The notes below the pieces were generated by a model. That model was not told the origin of the DNA. It did not search any database and worked only from the letters and a program-made list of their open reading frames with translations. Shown piece after piece: positions 47,017 to 60,800 of a DNA stretch of 64,000 nt (position 1 is the first letter of the stretch; each line of letters begins with the position of its first letter). Origin of the DNA: Macrostomum hystrix (taxonomy: Eukaryota; Animalia; Platyhelminthes); NCBI GenBank assembly GCA_950097015.1, contig CATNEN010000039.1, forward strand, positions 10,664,001 to 10,728,000, given 5' to 3'. The position numbers and the translations under genes were made by a program.

Positions 47017-47922
47017 TCAATTCAAAGAATAGACGCTGTTGTAGCCGTCGCCGCCGCACACCTGTCTGGAGTTGCCCTTGCAGCGCTTGCTGCATTTTGC
47101 GGCTTCGGCGTCGCCGTAGGAGCCGTACTGCTCGCCGCAGAAGCACTTGCTACCGTCCTGCACGCCGAAGTACACGCAGATCTTGCCCGCCTTGCACAAG
47201 CAGTTTATGTCGTTCGAGGTACCGGCGTGCAGAGCAAGATCAGGAACTTACCGTAGTAACTTACCGTACACAACCACTCCGGTAGTAAAGACTTCATTTC
47301 TCCAGTTTCCACCGCAGGTGCGGCTCTTGTCGCCCCAGCACTTTCTCTGGCACTCGGTGTTGCTGACGCGTCCGTAACGACCGTACGAGTTGCCGCAGTG
47401 GCACCAGTCGCCAGCTTGTAGGCTAGCGTAGCGGAAGTTCTTGTCCTTGCAGTAGTTGACGCAGAACTCTTTTGCCGTTCGCGTGCCGGCCTTGAGCGAT
47501 AGTTGTAGGTCTCTTTCGCTTTTGTCCTTGAAACAGCCCAGTCTGATACCATCTGGGTTAATGTTTTGTTATATTTAGATAAGAACTTTTTTGAGGTTAT
47601 AGAAGCGGACTTCCTGAGATTATCCGGCAATTCGTAAAGTACAGCTAATGTTCTGTGGTGTCGATAGAGCCTACAGCCAATGCTCTTACCAGACTTCTTG
47701 ATGCCCGTTTCGAAGATCTCATTGCGCCACTCGCCGCCGCAAGTCTGCTTCGGGTCGCCCAAGCACTGTCGATAGCAGTCAGCGTCCTGAGCCTTTCCGT
47801 ACCGACCGTACTTATTGCCGCAGGTGCACCAGTCACCGGCCTGTAGACCAGCGTACTTGTATCCACTGGCTTTGCAGTAGTTGATGCAGAAGTTCCTCTC
47901 TGTTTGCTTGCCTGAATGGAAT
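47017..47922 (-). pseudogene. Poly-WSC gene copy C remnant (parts of the last three WSC exons)
   Basis: Homologous to 35653-37045. The linker exon and start of the last exon are deleted at about 47243, and the copy is truncated mid-exon at about 47922. Confidence 0.85.
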
Positions 47923-48102
47923 ATGAGTGTTATCCGGTCGCAGACGACCGTGGGGTGGGCGTTAGCCAGGGGTGAGAAAAAGGGGAACACAAAGGATTAT
48001 AAACATGGCAAAGGATTATTTTCATTTAAGAATTTGTGTGATGCATTGAAATACAGGGCATGAAAACGCTTAAATGCGAGGCTTACTTTATATTATTTAA
48101 TA

Positions 48103-50418
48103 CTAGCTTTTTTTGCCCGTTGTTTTTGGGGCAGAAATTTAAAGCAAAGCAGTAAGCAATTCACGTCTCTGTATTAACTTTATAGTGAAGGTCACCATTT
48201 ATTTATTTACTGCATTAATGAAAAGTGAACAGTTTGTTTAAAGGCGTTTTAAGTAAAAAATAAGTGAAAAGTTTGTCAAAACAGCCCCCTCTTGATTACT
48301 TCTTTAGAAGAAATTAGAAATTCAGTCGCTCAGTCTCAATTTTAGCGTACATGTCCACTGCGAACTGAAGCAACAGCTTTCGGCACCTAAGAATGTAGTT
48401 GAAGCTTCCTTCTCGGACCATTAGCCTAAAGGCATAGAAGTCCATTGCTGACACATTCTTTGTCGCCGATGGGTTTCCAGTGCGAATGTGCGAATGCTCC
48501 TCTGTGTCCCGTGGCAACCTCTCCATGGCAGTTTTAAATTGACGAACATAATTATTTTTCTCGTGCAGGACTTCCTGTAACTCAAATACAATGTTGGCAC
48601 GCACTCCTGGAGCGATTCTACATCGGCGCTCAACCTGCTCTTGATGATCTCCCATGAAGTAGATCTGCAGGAACTTTGGCTCCTCTCCAGGCAGTGGTAG
48701 CAATGATCCTATGTCATGGTACACCTGACCTTGGACTTTGAATGCAGGCATGAACCCTGGATCACGGACAATACTTTTAGCTCCAAAAGAAGTCATTTGA
48801 AAGCAGCTGTTGTAGCACCGGATATTAGACAGAAAGTGCTCAGATTCTTCTGTCTCACCCAGCAACAGATGCCGAAGGCATGGTGGCAGGTTCTCGTTCA
48901 AAGGTTCAAGTCTGACCTTTCCGTTGGAACAGCACATGACTGGAGTTTCGTTGGCCCATCTTAATGCATTGCAGCGTGCGCATTTGACCGACATTCTCGC
49001 CATCGCAAGTTTAGGATGGACACCATAGACAACAGTGGGATCATAACTCAGAGCCGCATTCAGTGCCCAAGGACGTGGGCCAGCTGGCTGATCAGGTTCG
49101 TCAACGTTGGGGTTTGTTGGGGCCGGGGGTGGTCCAACAAATTGGAAGGTCTCAGTGCGTTCCCTATGCCGCTCTCGATCATCCTGCCGACGCACTTCAG
49201 CCTGGTTGGCTGTTTCATTGCGACGGGCCTCGGCAGTCCGGTCTCTGTCCAGTTCTTGGCGCTGCTGTGTCTGGACTGCAGTCTCATTGCGACGGGCCTC
49301 GGCAGTCCGGTCTCTGTTCTGTTCTTGGCGCTGCTGTGTCTGGACTGCAGTCTCATTGCGACGGGCCTCGGCAGTTCGCTCTCTGTTAAGCTCTCGTCGC
49401 CTATCTACGTCTCTGCCGTGACTGGCTGTAGAACTTATTGCAGCTCCAGCACTGCTTCCACTGGTGCCTGATGTCTGTGCTCTTGTCCGAGGTCGAAGGT
49501 TATAAGGCTGGACTGGCTCAACTTCATTTTCACTTGAAGCTGCTTGTGGCTGTGCTGAGGTGCTTGGTCTTGGTGCTGCTGTTGTTGCGCCGTCTTCTAC
49601 TGCATCGTTTGGCCTTGCTGTTGCTCGTCGAGCTGCTTTAGTCAAGCGACTTAAAAAACTTTTCTTAGGTGGCATCTGAAAGTTAGAAGTAGTCCGAATG
49701 ACAGGGGACCTGTGTTGGAAAATCTTTCTCTTCTCTTCAGTGGGAGAGGCTAAGCCTCTGTATATTTTAGCAAAGCACTGTACGCCAGCCTCTCTCTTTC
49801 TTCTATCCCAGGCTGGCTGGAGAGAAATATCGACCGGAGAGCCCACTGGGACGCCACCGCACTCACCGCACTCAGTCTCAGTGCTGCTTGGGGGCCAGTA
49901 GACAGTCTAGGGGTTTGGGCTGTGTACATTCACGGCTTGAAATACAATGTACAGTCTGGGGCTTCGGCGCCCGGGGAAGGGAGGGGGTGGCTGTAATAAA
50001 ATTTGGCCCGCAGAGTGGCGGAGGGGAGTTGGGGTGGCTGTCCTCGGAAAACAAAAAGTGACTCACTTTGAGATGATGCAGCTTTGCTCTGGATTGAGTA
50101 GAGATGTTCAAAATTGACAGCATTGTTGGAAAACATGTAAAGTATAAGTGGATCAAATTTGGAGAAAATCTGAGAAAGTGGGGCGACGATATGTCGAATT
50201 GAGTGATTTTTTGACGATCTTTGAGCAGTTTTTTGCACTTTTGAGCAGGAAGGAAATGATTTTTCGGGAATTTGAGTAGCCTATTGCACTCAGCGTAGGT
50301 GGTTTTAGGTATGTGCAAAGTTTGGTGCGATTTGGTTGAGCGGTTTCGGCGTCTATAAAGACAAAAGGTTGCACACACACAGACAGACAGACAGAGTTTT
50401 CACTTTTATATATATAGA
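48103..50418 (-). mobile_element. Non-autonomous Helitron retaining the N-terminal part of RepHel
   Basis: 5' TCTATATATA.. at 50418 preceded by A; 3' hairpin (GCCC...GGGC) then CTAG ending at 48103, followed by T. ORF 49675-48314 has 23-aa repeats, CxxCxAxxWxxE..CC.NGKV, FLSNIRCYNSCFQMTSFGA, FKVQGQVYH and QFAVDMYAKIETERL; nuclease and helicase are missing. Confidence 0.92.
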
Positions 50419-51848
50419 TAATGTATATTTATATTATTTATTGCTTGGCTTAGCTCATTACAATTCTAGTATACTGAACTAGCAATTTTAGCCCCCTCCC
50501 GAAGAATAGGAAAAGCTTTTCGCGAATTCGGGGGGAATTAGTGGGGAAATGCATTATAAAGACGTCGCTTCATCTCAGACAGGCAGTATCCCAGAATGAA
50601 GTAAATCTCGGATAAGCAGATTGCCTGCTGGGGGACATTGGTCACCTGGTTTTGTAAATTACGTACCACCTCGTCAAAACGTCAAGGTCCAAATTGTTCG
50701 TTGTTGGAAATTGGATCCATTGATGATGTGCTTAAAATTAGCAATTTTCTCACGGCTTAACAGCAGATTATATTTTCTACCAAATTCCTTCTGATCTCTC
50801 CCCAACGTGGGAGTTAAGCGCTAGTATCTCTACTATTAGTAGGGCAGTAAGAACATATCTAAAATAAACTCTTCTACACTATTTTGCTTTGCTACCTCAT
50901 TAGGGTCTTATTCTAATTCAAATTTCTCATATGGAGTTACTCTCTACCAGGAGCAGATTTTTCCGACAACACGCCAGTAAAATAATTCATAGGCAGATTA
51001 TGAAGTCTGTGTTTTCGCTGGAGTGCACTAGATCTTCTGTTAACATCATCTCACTGATAATATTCTACAGCGAATTGCAAGCACCAGCAGCACTTGAACA
51101 TGAGAAGGAAAGAAAGGCTGAAAGCCACTCATAGAGCATGTCGCTTGCAGCTTCCTTTATGGCACTTTAAGTTGCCGTTGTACTAGAAAAACTTCACAAC
51201 TCACTACCAGCCAGAGCAATCCTGGGCCTCGTGGCAGATATTATTTATTTTACTCCGCGGTACCAAAACACTTCGTCTCAGTTAGCAGCTTGAGTCAAGT
51301 GGCTCTTTATATTCATACTTTGCGCGAGGAAAATAGGGTCAGAAACACACCTCTTGTGGTTGGAAGATTAGAGCTAGAACCAATTGGAAATCTCACAAAA
51401 TTGTGCGCTAAAGTCTATATATAATCCATGATAGGGTCATTGTTCAGAACTTTTTAAACTATTTTAATGAAAGTCGTAAATAGCTTTAAACATTGCATTT
51501 CTTAACTTTGTATAATTCTAATCGCTCACCTATGGCTCACGCTAATCTCCCATCTCCAGTCTCCCATCTCCCATCTCCCATCTCCCATGTAGTTTTTCCA
51601 AGCTCCTATGATCTGAAGTTAGTTTTTGAGACTAGAGGGCATGCTTGGCCATTTCCAAAATGATGTTTTGGAATCCTCCTCTTCTCATTGGCTATCGAGA
51701 AGCATCGACCAATGGTATTGCCTACCTTGGCCAAAGCATCCCATAAACACCCTTAGCAATTGTTATTAAGATAGAGCGCTTAGCAATGGTCCAGTCCAAC
51801 GCAAGTCACTTCTATCGCTGACCATTGCAAAGTCCAGCGACCATTGCA

Positions 51849-54800
51849 ATGCCACAGTCGATGAAAATTAGCTTAGCGGCACTCCTTCTAGTGGCAGCCA
51901 TTGCTTCGAATGAAGCTGAACCGGATTCTCAGTCGCCCGGAGTCGCGGCCTTCAATCCCAGCGCTCAGCAAGTGTTCTCAGCGGCTGCGCAAACTGGACA
52001 CCCTGCGGCTTCACTGGGCAGGTAGGCCTCATAGACTCATCATTTGACTCCCTAATTACTCCTCGATCTCACTCCCATTGTCACTCTACCATCCACCGCC
52101 GCGCACTCCCTTTGTCACTCTACCACTCACCTCACTTCCATTGTTCCTCTACTACCCCACCCCACTCCTATTGTTACTCTAACGCTATCTCACTCATTAT
52201 TGTCCCACAAAGGCAACACCCTGAGACAAGCCTGCTAGACACGAACGAGTCGATTACTTTGACGGCCATTCTCGACGACCTTCTGTCTAAGTACGACAAG
52301 CGCATCAGACCCGGCTATGTCAATGCAAAGAGTGAGTGAGAGACGGGAAATCCGTTGGAGAGAGAGGTGGAAATCCGTGGGAGAAGGAGAGGGAAATCCA
52401 TGGGAGAAAGAGAGGGAAATCCCAGGGAGAAGGAGAGGGAAATCCATGGGTAAGGGGAAATCCGTGGGAGGAGATGGAAATCGGTGGGAGATGCAGAGGC
52501 CTTTTGAGAGCGAAAGGGGAAATCCGAGGAAGAAGGAGCGGGGAAATCCGAAAGAGAGGGAAATCCCAGGGAGAAGGAGAGGGAAATCCTTGGGAGGAGA
52601 GGGAAATCCATAATGAGATTGAGAGGGAAATTGTGGGAGATGCAGAGGCCTTTTGAGTGCGAAAGGGGGAATCCGAGGGAGAAGGAAATCCCAGGGAGAA
52701 GGAGAGGGAAATCCGTGGGTGACGGAAAATCCGCGGGAGGAGAGTCAAATCCGTGGGAGAAGGACAGGGAAATCCGTGGAAGAAGGAGAGGGGAAATCCA
52801 TGGGAGGAGAGGAAAATCGTTGGGAGATGCAGAGGCCTTTTGAGAGCTAAAGGGGAAATCTGAGGGAGAAGGAGAAGGGAAATCCGAGGGAGAAGGAGAG
52901 GGGAAATCCGAGGGAGAAGGAGAGGGGAAATCCGAGGGAGAAGGAAAGGGGAAATCCGAGGGAGAAAGAGAGGGAAATCCCAGGGAGAAGGAGAGGGGAA
53001 ATCCGTGGGAAATTTGTAGAATATAGGGAGGATTAAGTCTAAGCATGAGGAGAAACGAATTCAGATGGGATTTGAGAGTGAGTAAGGATGCTGGAAAGCA
53101 CGCAGATGGGGAGTATAGCAATGTGCAGCAGATAGAGGTGAGAATCGACAGTTGCTGATAAAAAGGAGGATTATACTGCTTGGAATTGTTTACACGGCTG
53201 AACAACTAATAAAGAGAGCGTTACGGATGTGAGCAGCTTAGCTCTTCTGCTCAAGCTATAACATTAGTGAGGCCAAGGTAAGTCTCTATTGGGGATCAGT
53301 CTGCAACGGGGGAACCGCTACCGCGACAATTTGGTTCTGAAAAAAGTATACTATCACATTCTGAGAGACAGGAGACAGCATGTCGGACAGACGCTACAAA
53401 AATTTTTAATACTCTGGCCGCATATTAATTGCACTTGGAATCAACAGCAGGTTTGCCTGGGGACCTGTGTCCCCGCATCCATCTATGCTCACCTGACAGA
53501 TGTAGCACACATCTGGCTGGCTTGTTACACTCAGGAGAAAATATATATATATACGTTTTCTGAGAAATAGATGCGATAGATATATAGGCATTGTGGGTCA
53601 AATGTATTGTAAGGTTCAGTCCATGGACTGAAGAGGACTCCAAATCCACTGAAACCCTGACATGTTTTAGTTTTTTTGTTTGTTGCGAGTGCGTTTTTGC
53701 GCTAACGATAAAAAATATGACATTATTTTCAGAACAACAGCCGGTAAATGTTAACATTAGCGTCCGTATTTCTTCAGTCAGCTCAATATCAGAAGTTAAT
53801 ATGGTAAAACATGCTTGCTATTGGTCTGTGGACAATGGGACCTTGGGACAATGGGACCTTGGGACAATGGGACCTTGGGACAATGGGACCTTGGGACAAT
53901 GGGACCTTGGGACAATGGGACCTTGGGACAATGGGACCTTGGGACAATGGGACCTTGGGACAATGGGACCTTGGGACAATGGGACCTTGGGACAATGGGA
54001 CCTTGGGACAATGGGACCTTGGGACAATGGGACCTTGGGACAATGGGACCTTGGGACAATGGGACCTTGGGACAATGGGACCTTGGGACAATGGGACCTT
54101 GGGACAATGGGACCTTGGGACAATGGGACCTTGGGATTACAAATGGTGAATGTCTCGACGGTATTCCAGGACTTCACGGTGGACATGTACTTCCGTCAGC
54201 GCTGGCAGGACAAGCGCCTGGCCTTCGCCCACTATTTGAAGGGTCGGGAGGACGAGCTGGACGAGAGTGTCAACATCGCCGAGGAGATGCTGCACAAGAT
54301 CTGGTGGCCGGACACTTTCTTTGCCAACGCCAAGAAGTCCGAATTTCACCACGCGACAACAAGGAACGCTTTCCTGAGGATTGATAGCCTGGGAAATGTG
54401 TTTCACAGTCTCAGGCAAGAAGCGATTCTGCTTCGATTTGGGAATTCTAGAATCCATTCTCTCAGATCCCATTCTCTCAGATCCCATTCTCTCAGATCCC
54501 ATTCTCTCAAATCCCATTTTCCCAGATCCCATTCTGTCAAATCACATTCTTTCATATCCCATTCTCTCAGATCCCATTTTCCTAAATCCCATTCTCTCAG
54601 ATCCCATTCTCTCAAATCCCATTCTCTCAAATCCCATTTTCCCAGATCCCATTCTGTCAAATCACATTCTTTCATATCCCATTATCTCAGATCCTATTTT
54701 CCCAAATCCCAATCTCTCAGATCCCATTTTGTCAAATCACATTCTTTCATATCCCATTCTCTCAGATCCCATTCTCTCAAATCCCATTCTCTCAAAATCC

Positions 54801-57800
54801 TGCAGTTTCAAATCTGCGGCAGTAAATATTCACCGTCTCCACGGCAACACAAAATTTGCTGTTTTTAGAGAGAAAAAAGCGAGTGGAATAAAAATTTAAA
54901 ATGTCTAAAAAAGTTGGGAATACACAGACTTGGCAGCCGTGACTGATAAAAAGTCACATAGGCGAGAATGAGCCCTCTAAATGGATAAGGGAGACATCGT
55001 CAGTCAGCATAGCTGCATCAGATTCTGATCGATGCTTGAATGAGGCTGGGGTAGCAAAGCCGGGGGTAAGCTTCTGCATTCACTCGAAGTCAAATACAAG
55101 TCAGCGGGGTGACTTGGACTCGTCGGCACAAAGGAACAAAGGCAGCTGTCACACTAAATGTAGCAGATTTACAGCAGAAAGTTTTGTGAGCATTGTAATA
55201 TAACCCAGTATCATCGATTTCTCGATTTCTCTCTAGCAAACTGATGTAAACAATCTCTGGGTGAATTGTGATTCATTTCTAATGACAATAGGCTCCTTTG
55301 TGCATCATAACCAATTAAATGAGTACAGTTCAGGAAATAGGCATTGACCCGAGACGGAAAAAGTCGGATCTGCCTGAAACTGAAGAGTAAGGATCTCAGC
55401 TATGGGATTAAGGAAGCAAAATTAGGGATTAATATTGATCAAGAAGACAGACTGCTTAAAGATGTTAGGGAATTCCATACGTGGGATTGTGTAGAAGTGG
55501 ATCAGTGAAGAAAAATAGCAGGAAAGAATGGGATTCTTAAGTAGGAGATAAGTGATAAAGGGGATCAGGAAGAAGGGGATCAGGATAAATGGGATCAGAA
55601 AGGAAACGATCAGGAAGAAGGGGATCAGGATAAATGGGATCAGAAAGGAAACGATTAGGAAGAAGGGGATTAGGGAGAAGGGGATTAGGGAGAAGGGGAT
55701 TAGGGAGAAGGGGATTAGGAGAAGGGGATCAGGAAGAAGGGGATTAGGTAGAAGGGGATTATAGGATGAAGGGGATCAGGAGAAGGGGATCAGGAAGTAG
55801 GGGATTAGGGAGAAGGGGATTAGGAAGAAGGGGATCAGGAGAAATGGGATCAGAAAGAAGGGGATTAGGAGAAGGGGATCAGGAGAAGGGGATCAGGAGA
55901 AATGGGATCAGAAAGAAGGGGATTAGGAGAAGGGGATCAGGAGAAGGGGATCAGGAGAAATGGGATCAGAAAGAAGGGGATTAGGAGAAGGGGATCAGGA
56001 GAAGGGGATCAGGAAGTAGGGGATTAGGGAGAAGGGGATTAGGAAGAAGGGGATCAGGAGAGGGGGATCAGGAAGAAAAGGATCAGGAAGAAGGGGATCA
56101 GGAATAAGGGGATTAGGAAGAAGGGGATCAGGAGAAGGGTATTAGGAAGAAGGGGATCAGGAAGAAGGGGATCAGAAAGAAGGGGATTAGGGAAAAAAGG
56201 ATAGGAAGAAGGGGAACAGTAGAAGGGGATCAGAAAGAAAGGGATTAGGGAAAAGGGGATTAGGGAAGAAGGGGATCAGAGAAGGAGATTGGGAAGAAAG
56301 GGTCGGAAAAAAGTGGACTGCGATAGTGTTCGTTGTGAATAGGATCAGGCAAGAGAGGGATCGTTCATTTTGTTTTATCTCTGTAATAGTAACTCAGATT
56401 GCAAAGTTACAATTCAACTTGAATTGACTTGACAAGCCCACGGACCATGAAGCCGCGCATAATTTGTCGTGCACATATTCATCCAGTAATTCAGCACAGT
56501 TCGTTGGCTAGTTTACAATTTTGTGTTCTTTAGTGATTGGAAGAACATGTAAAAAGGACTGTCACTTCAAATCAGATTTTTTTGACTGAACCTGACGATA
56601 AATGATAGTCAGGCGCGTTCATCTCAGCCATCTCATCTTTGCTCTTGTCCGTTTCCATCCCTGGCTCGTCTCCGACATCCCTGACTTGTCTCCGACATCC
56701 CTGACTTGTCTCTGACATCCCAGACTTGTCTCTGACATCCCAGACTTGTCTCTGACATCCCAGACTATCCCTGATTTGTCTCTGACACCCCAGACTTGTC
56801 TCTGACATCCCAGACTTGTCTCTGACATCCCTGATTTGTCTCTGACATCCCAGACTTGTCTCTGACATCCCTGATTCGTCTCTGACATCCCAGACTTGTC
56901 TTTGACATCCCAGACTTGTCTCTGACATCCCAGACTTGTCTCTGACATCCCAGACTCATCTCTGACATCCCTGATTTGCTCTTACATCCCAGACATGTCT
57001 CTGACATCCCTGATTCTTCTCTGACATCCCAGATTCTTCTCTGACATCCCAGACTTGTCTCTGACATCCCTGATTTGTCTCTGACATCCCTGATTCGTCT
57101 CTGACATCCCAGACTTGTCTCTGACATCCCAGACTTGTCTCTGACATACCAGACTTGTCTTTGACATTCCTGATTTGTCTCTGACATCTCTGATTCGTCT
57201 CTGACATCTCTGACTTGTCTCTGACATCCCTGATTTGTCTCTGACATCCCTGATTTGTCTTTGACATTCCTGACTTGTCTCTGACATCCCAGACTTGTCT
57301 CTGACATCCCAGACTTGTCTCTGACATACCAGACTTGTCTCTGACATCCCAGACTTGTCTCCGACATCCCTGATTCGTCTCTGACATCCCAGACTTGTCT
57401 CTGACATCCCAGACTTGTCTCTGACATACCAGACTTGTCTTTGACATTCCTGATTTGTCTCTGACATCTCTGATTCGTCTCTGACATCTCTGACTTGTCT
57501 CTGACATCCCTGATTTGTCTCTGACATCCCTGATTTGTCTTTGACATTCCTGACTTGTCTCTGACATCCCAGACTTGTCTCTGACATCCCAGACTTGTCT
57601 CTGACATACCAGACTTGTCTCTGACATCCCAGACTTGTCTCCGACATCCCTGATTCGTCTCTGACATCCCAGACTTGTCTCTGACATACCAGACTTGTCT
57701 TTGACATTCCTGATTTGTCTCTGACATCTCTGATTCGTCTCTGACATCTCTGACTTGTCTCTGACATCCCTGATTTGTCTCTGACATCCCTGATTTGTCT

Positions 57801-60800
57801 TTGACATTCCTGACTTGTCTCTGACATCCCAGACTTGTCTCTGACATCCCAGACTTGTCTCTGACATCCCAGACTTGTCTCTGACATACCAGACTTGTTT
57901 TTGACATTCCTGATTTGTCTCTGACATCTCTGATTCGTCTCTGACATCTCTGACTTGTCTCTGACATCCCTGATTTGTCTTTGACATTCCTGACTTGTCT
58001 CTGACATCCCAGACTTGTCTCTGACATCCCAGACTTGTCTCTGATATCCCTGACTTGTCTCACCCTAGTATAGCGCCTTGACCTTGACATGTCTTGCCCT
58101 GCTCTGCTGCAGCATTCAGCAGTTGAGAGAATAACTGATGCCCAGAATTTACCCTCGGGCAACTCAAAACTGTCACAAACTCCATGGTCAAAGGAAGGAT
58201 AATGATCTAAGCAGACAGAGCTACGAGTACTTTTGTTCCACCCAACTGACTCAGATCTTTGCTCTCTATGGCCTCCAGTATGAGTCGTAATAAATTTCAT
58301 TTTCTCATCTACACCGAATTAATGCGACAAACCTTATCGCCAACACTTCGCAAGCGAATCATTTTTCTTTCTCGAGCCAAAATTTTCACAATTTTTTTTC
58401 ACCGCTAGCTACACTTGCTCGAGGCCAAAGTACTTTGATAGCAATAGAGGCTGCATACTGCCGGTTATTGGCTGGGGGAATTTCGTTTGTCACGCCTGAT
58501 AGAATGCTGAATATGAGAGCTTTGCGTGCGGCAAAAACTGGAAAGGTCGACGGTTGAGGGGAGACAGAATTCCATTCGTCATAATTCCATGGCGCGCACA
58601 TGCATTGCTGCGTCTCAAACCTGTTTTTTCATTTCATTATCTCATATCATAGCAATATAGCAATAAAGAGTAGAGACAGAATGACAGACAACTACCGGAA
58701 TATTAGTGACAGAAAGGGCAAAATATGGAAAAAACATAAGATCATAGTTACTTGATACATTTTCTGAGAAGCATTGCAGTCCCATTGTGGTCAGTGGGGC
58801 GAATGGTAAGTCAGTGGGGTGAATGGGAAGTCAGTGGGTGAATGGGAAGTCAGTGGGGTGAATGGGAAGTCAGTGGGTGAATTGGAAGTCAGTGGGGTGA
58901 ATGGGAAGTCAGTGGGGTGAATGGGAAGTCAGTGGGTGAATGGGAAGTCAGTGGGGTGAATGGGAAGTCAGTGGGTGAATGGGAAGTCAGTGGGGTGAAT
59001 GGGAAGTCAGTGGGGTGAATGGGAAGTCAGTGGGTGAATGGGAAGTCAGTGATGGGAAGTCAGTGGGGTGAATCGGAAGTCAGTGATGGGAAATTAATCG
59101 GGTGAATGGGAAGTCAGTGATGGGAAGTCAGTGGGGTGAATGGAAGGTCAGTGGGGTGAATGGGAAGTCAGTGGGTGAATGGGAAGTCAGTGGGGTGAAT
59201 GGGAAGTCAGTGTGGTGAATGGGAAGTCAGTGGGGTGAATGGGAAGTCAGTGGGTGAATGGGAAGTCAGTGGGGTGAATGGGAAGTCAGTGGGTGAATGG
59301 GAAGTCAGTGGGGTGAATGGGAAGTCAGTGGGGTGAATGGGAAGTCAGTGGGTGAATGGGAAGTCAGTGATGGGAAGTCAGTGGGGTGAATCGGAAGTCA
59401 GTGATGGGAAATTAATCGGGTGAATGGGAAGTCAGTGATGGGAAGTCAGTGGGGTGAATGGAAGGTCAGTGGGGTGAATGGGAAGTCAGTGGGTGAATGG
59501 GAAGTCAGTGGGGTGAATGGGAAGTCAGTGTGGTGAATGGGAAGTCAGTGGGGTGAATGGGAAGTCAGTGGTGTGAATGGAAAGTCAGGGGGTGAATGGG
59601 AAGTCAGTGGGGTGAATGGGAAGTCAGTGGGGTGAATGGAAAGTCAGTGATGGGAAATCAGTCGGGTGAATGGGAAGTCAGTGATGAGAAGTCAGTGGGG
59701 TGAATGGAAGGTCAGTGGGGTGAATGGGAAGTCAGTGGGTGAATGGGAAGTCAGTGGGGTGAATGGGAAGTCAGTGTGGTGAATGGGAAGTCAGTGGGGT
59801 GAATGGGAAGTCAGTGGTGTGAATGGAAAGTCAGGGGGTGAATGGGAAGTCAGTGGGGTGAATGGGAAGTCAGTGGGGTGAATGGAAAGTCAGTGATGGG
59901 AAATCAGTCGGGTGAATGGGAAGTCAGTGATGAGAAGTCAGTGGGGTGAATGGAAGGTCAGTGGGGTGAATGGGAAGTCAGTGGGTGAATGGGAAGTCAG
60001 TGGGGTGAATGGGAAGTCAGTGTGGTGAATGGGAAGTCAGTGGGGTGAATGGGAAGTCAGTGGTGTGAATGGAAAGTCAGGGGGTGAATGGGAAGTCAGT
60101 GGGGTGAATGGGAAGTCAGTGGGGTGAATGGAAAGTCAGTGATGGGAAATCAGTCGGGTGAATGGGAAGTCAGTGATGAGAAGTCAGTGGGGTGAATGGA
60201 AGGTCAGTGGGGTGAATGGGAAGACCTGTAGCAGTCCCTCGCTGTCCCGCAGGCTAACTGTGACAGCCATGTGTCCGATGGATTTGACGTACTTCCCCAT
60301 GGACGCGCAGATCTGCTCCGTTGAAATTGAAAGCTGTGAGCCACTGAGCTTTACAATATCTTGTGGGATATTTTATAACCTTTATTTTTTTGAAAGTCTG
60401 TTGGGTCTATTAAATAGTGTTTTATAGTGACGAACGAGGTTGAAAGTTTAAATCAAACTCGATTCATCCATTTCGCATCTAAAAAACAAGTCGGCTACAC
60501 AACAAAGGACATTCGATACAGCTGGGACACGAATCGTCCGCTAGAGGTGTCCGAGGATGTCCGGCTGCCCCAGTACATTGTCCGCGGCAAACGGAAGCGA
60601 ATACGAGAGGTGGCCCTGTCCACAGGTGCGATTGGGCTCAATTCGATTTTGGTAACTAATACGAGTATCGCACTATTTAAAATCTAAAGAAATTCTGTCA
60701 TTTTTCTCTAGGCAACTATTCTAGACTGGCGGCAGAGTTCTACTTTGCCAGAAGCATGGGCTATTATTTAATTCAGATCTACATTCCTAGCACACTAATC

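Noticed and set aside
53591-54868. 425-aa ORF as a single coding exon
   Set aside because: It is read-through of two real channel exons joined by minisatellite-filled introns.
56572-58300. Long ORFs of [11 protein letters not shown] repeats; also ORFs in 27063-28126 and 52315-53205
   Set aside because: Translations of minisatellites in several frames at once.
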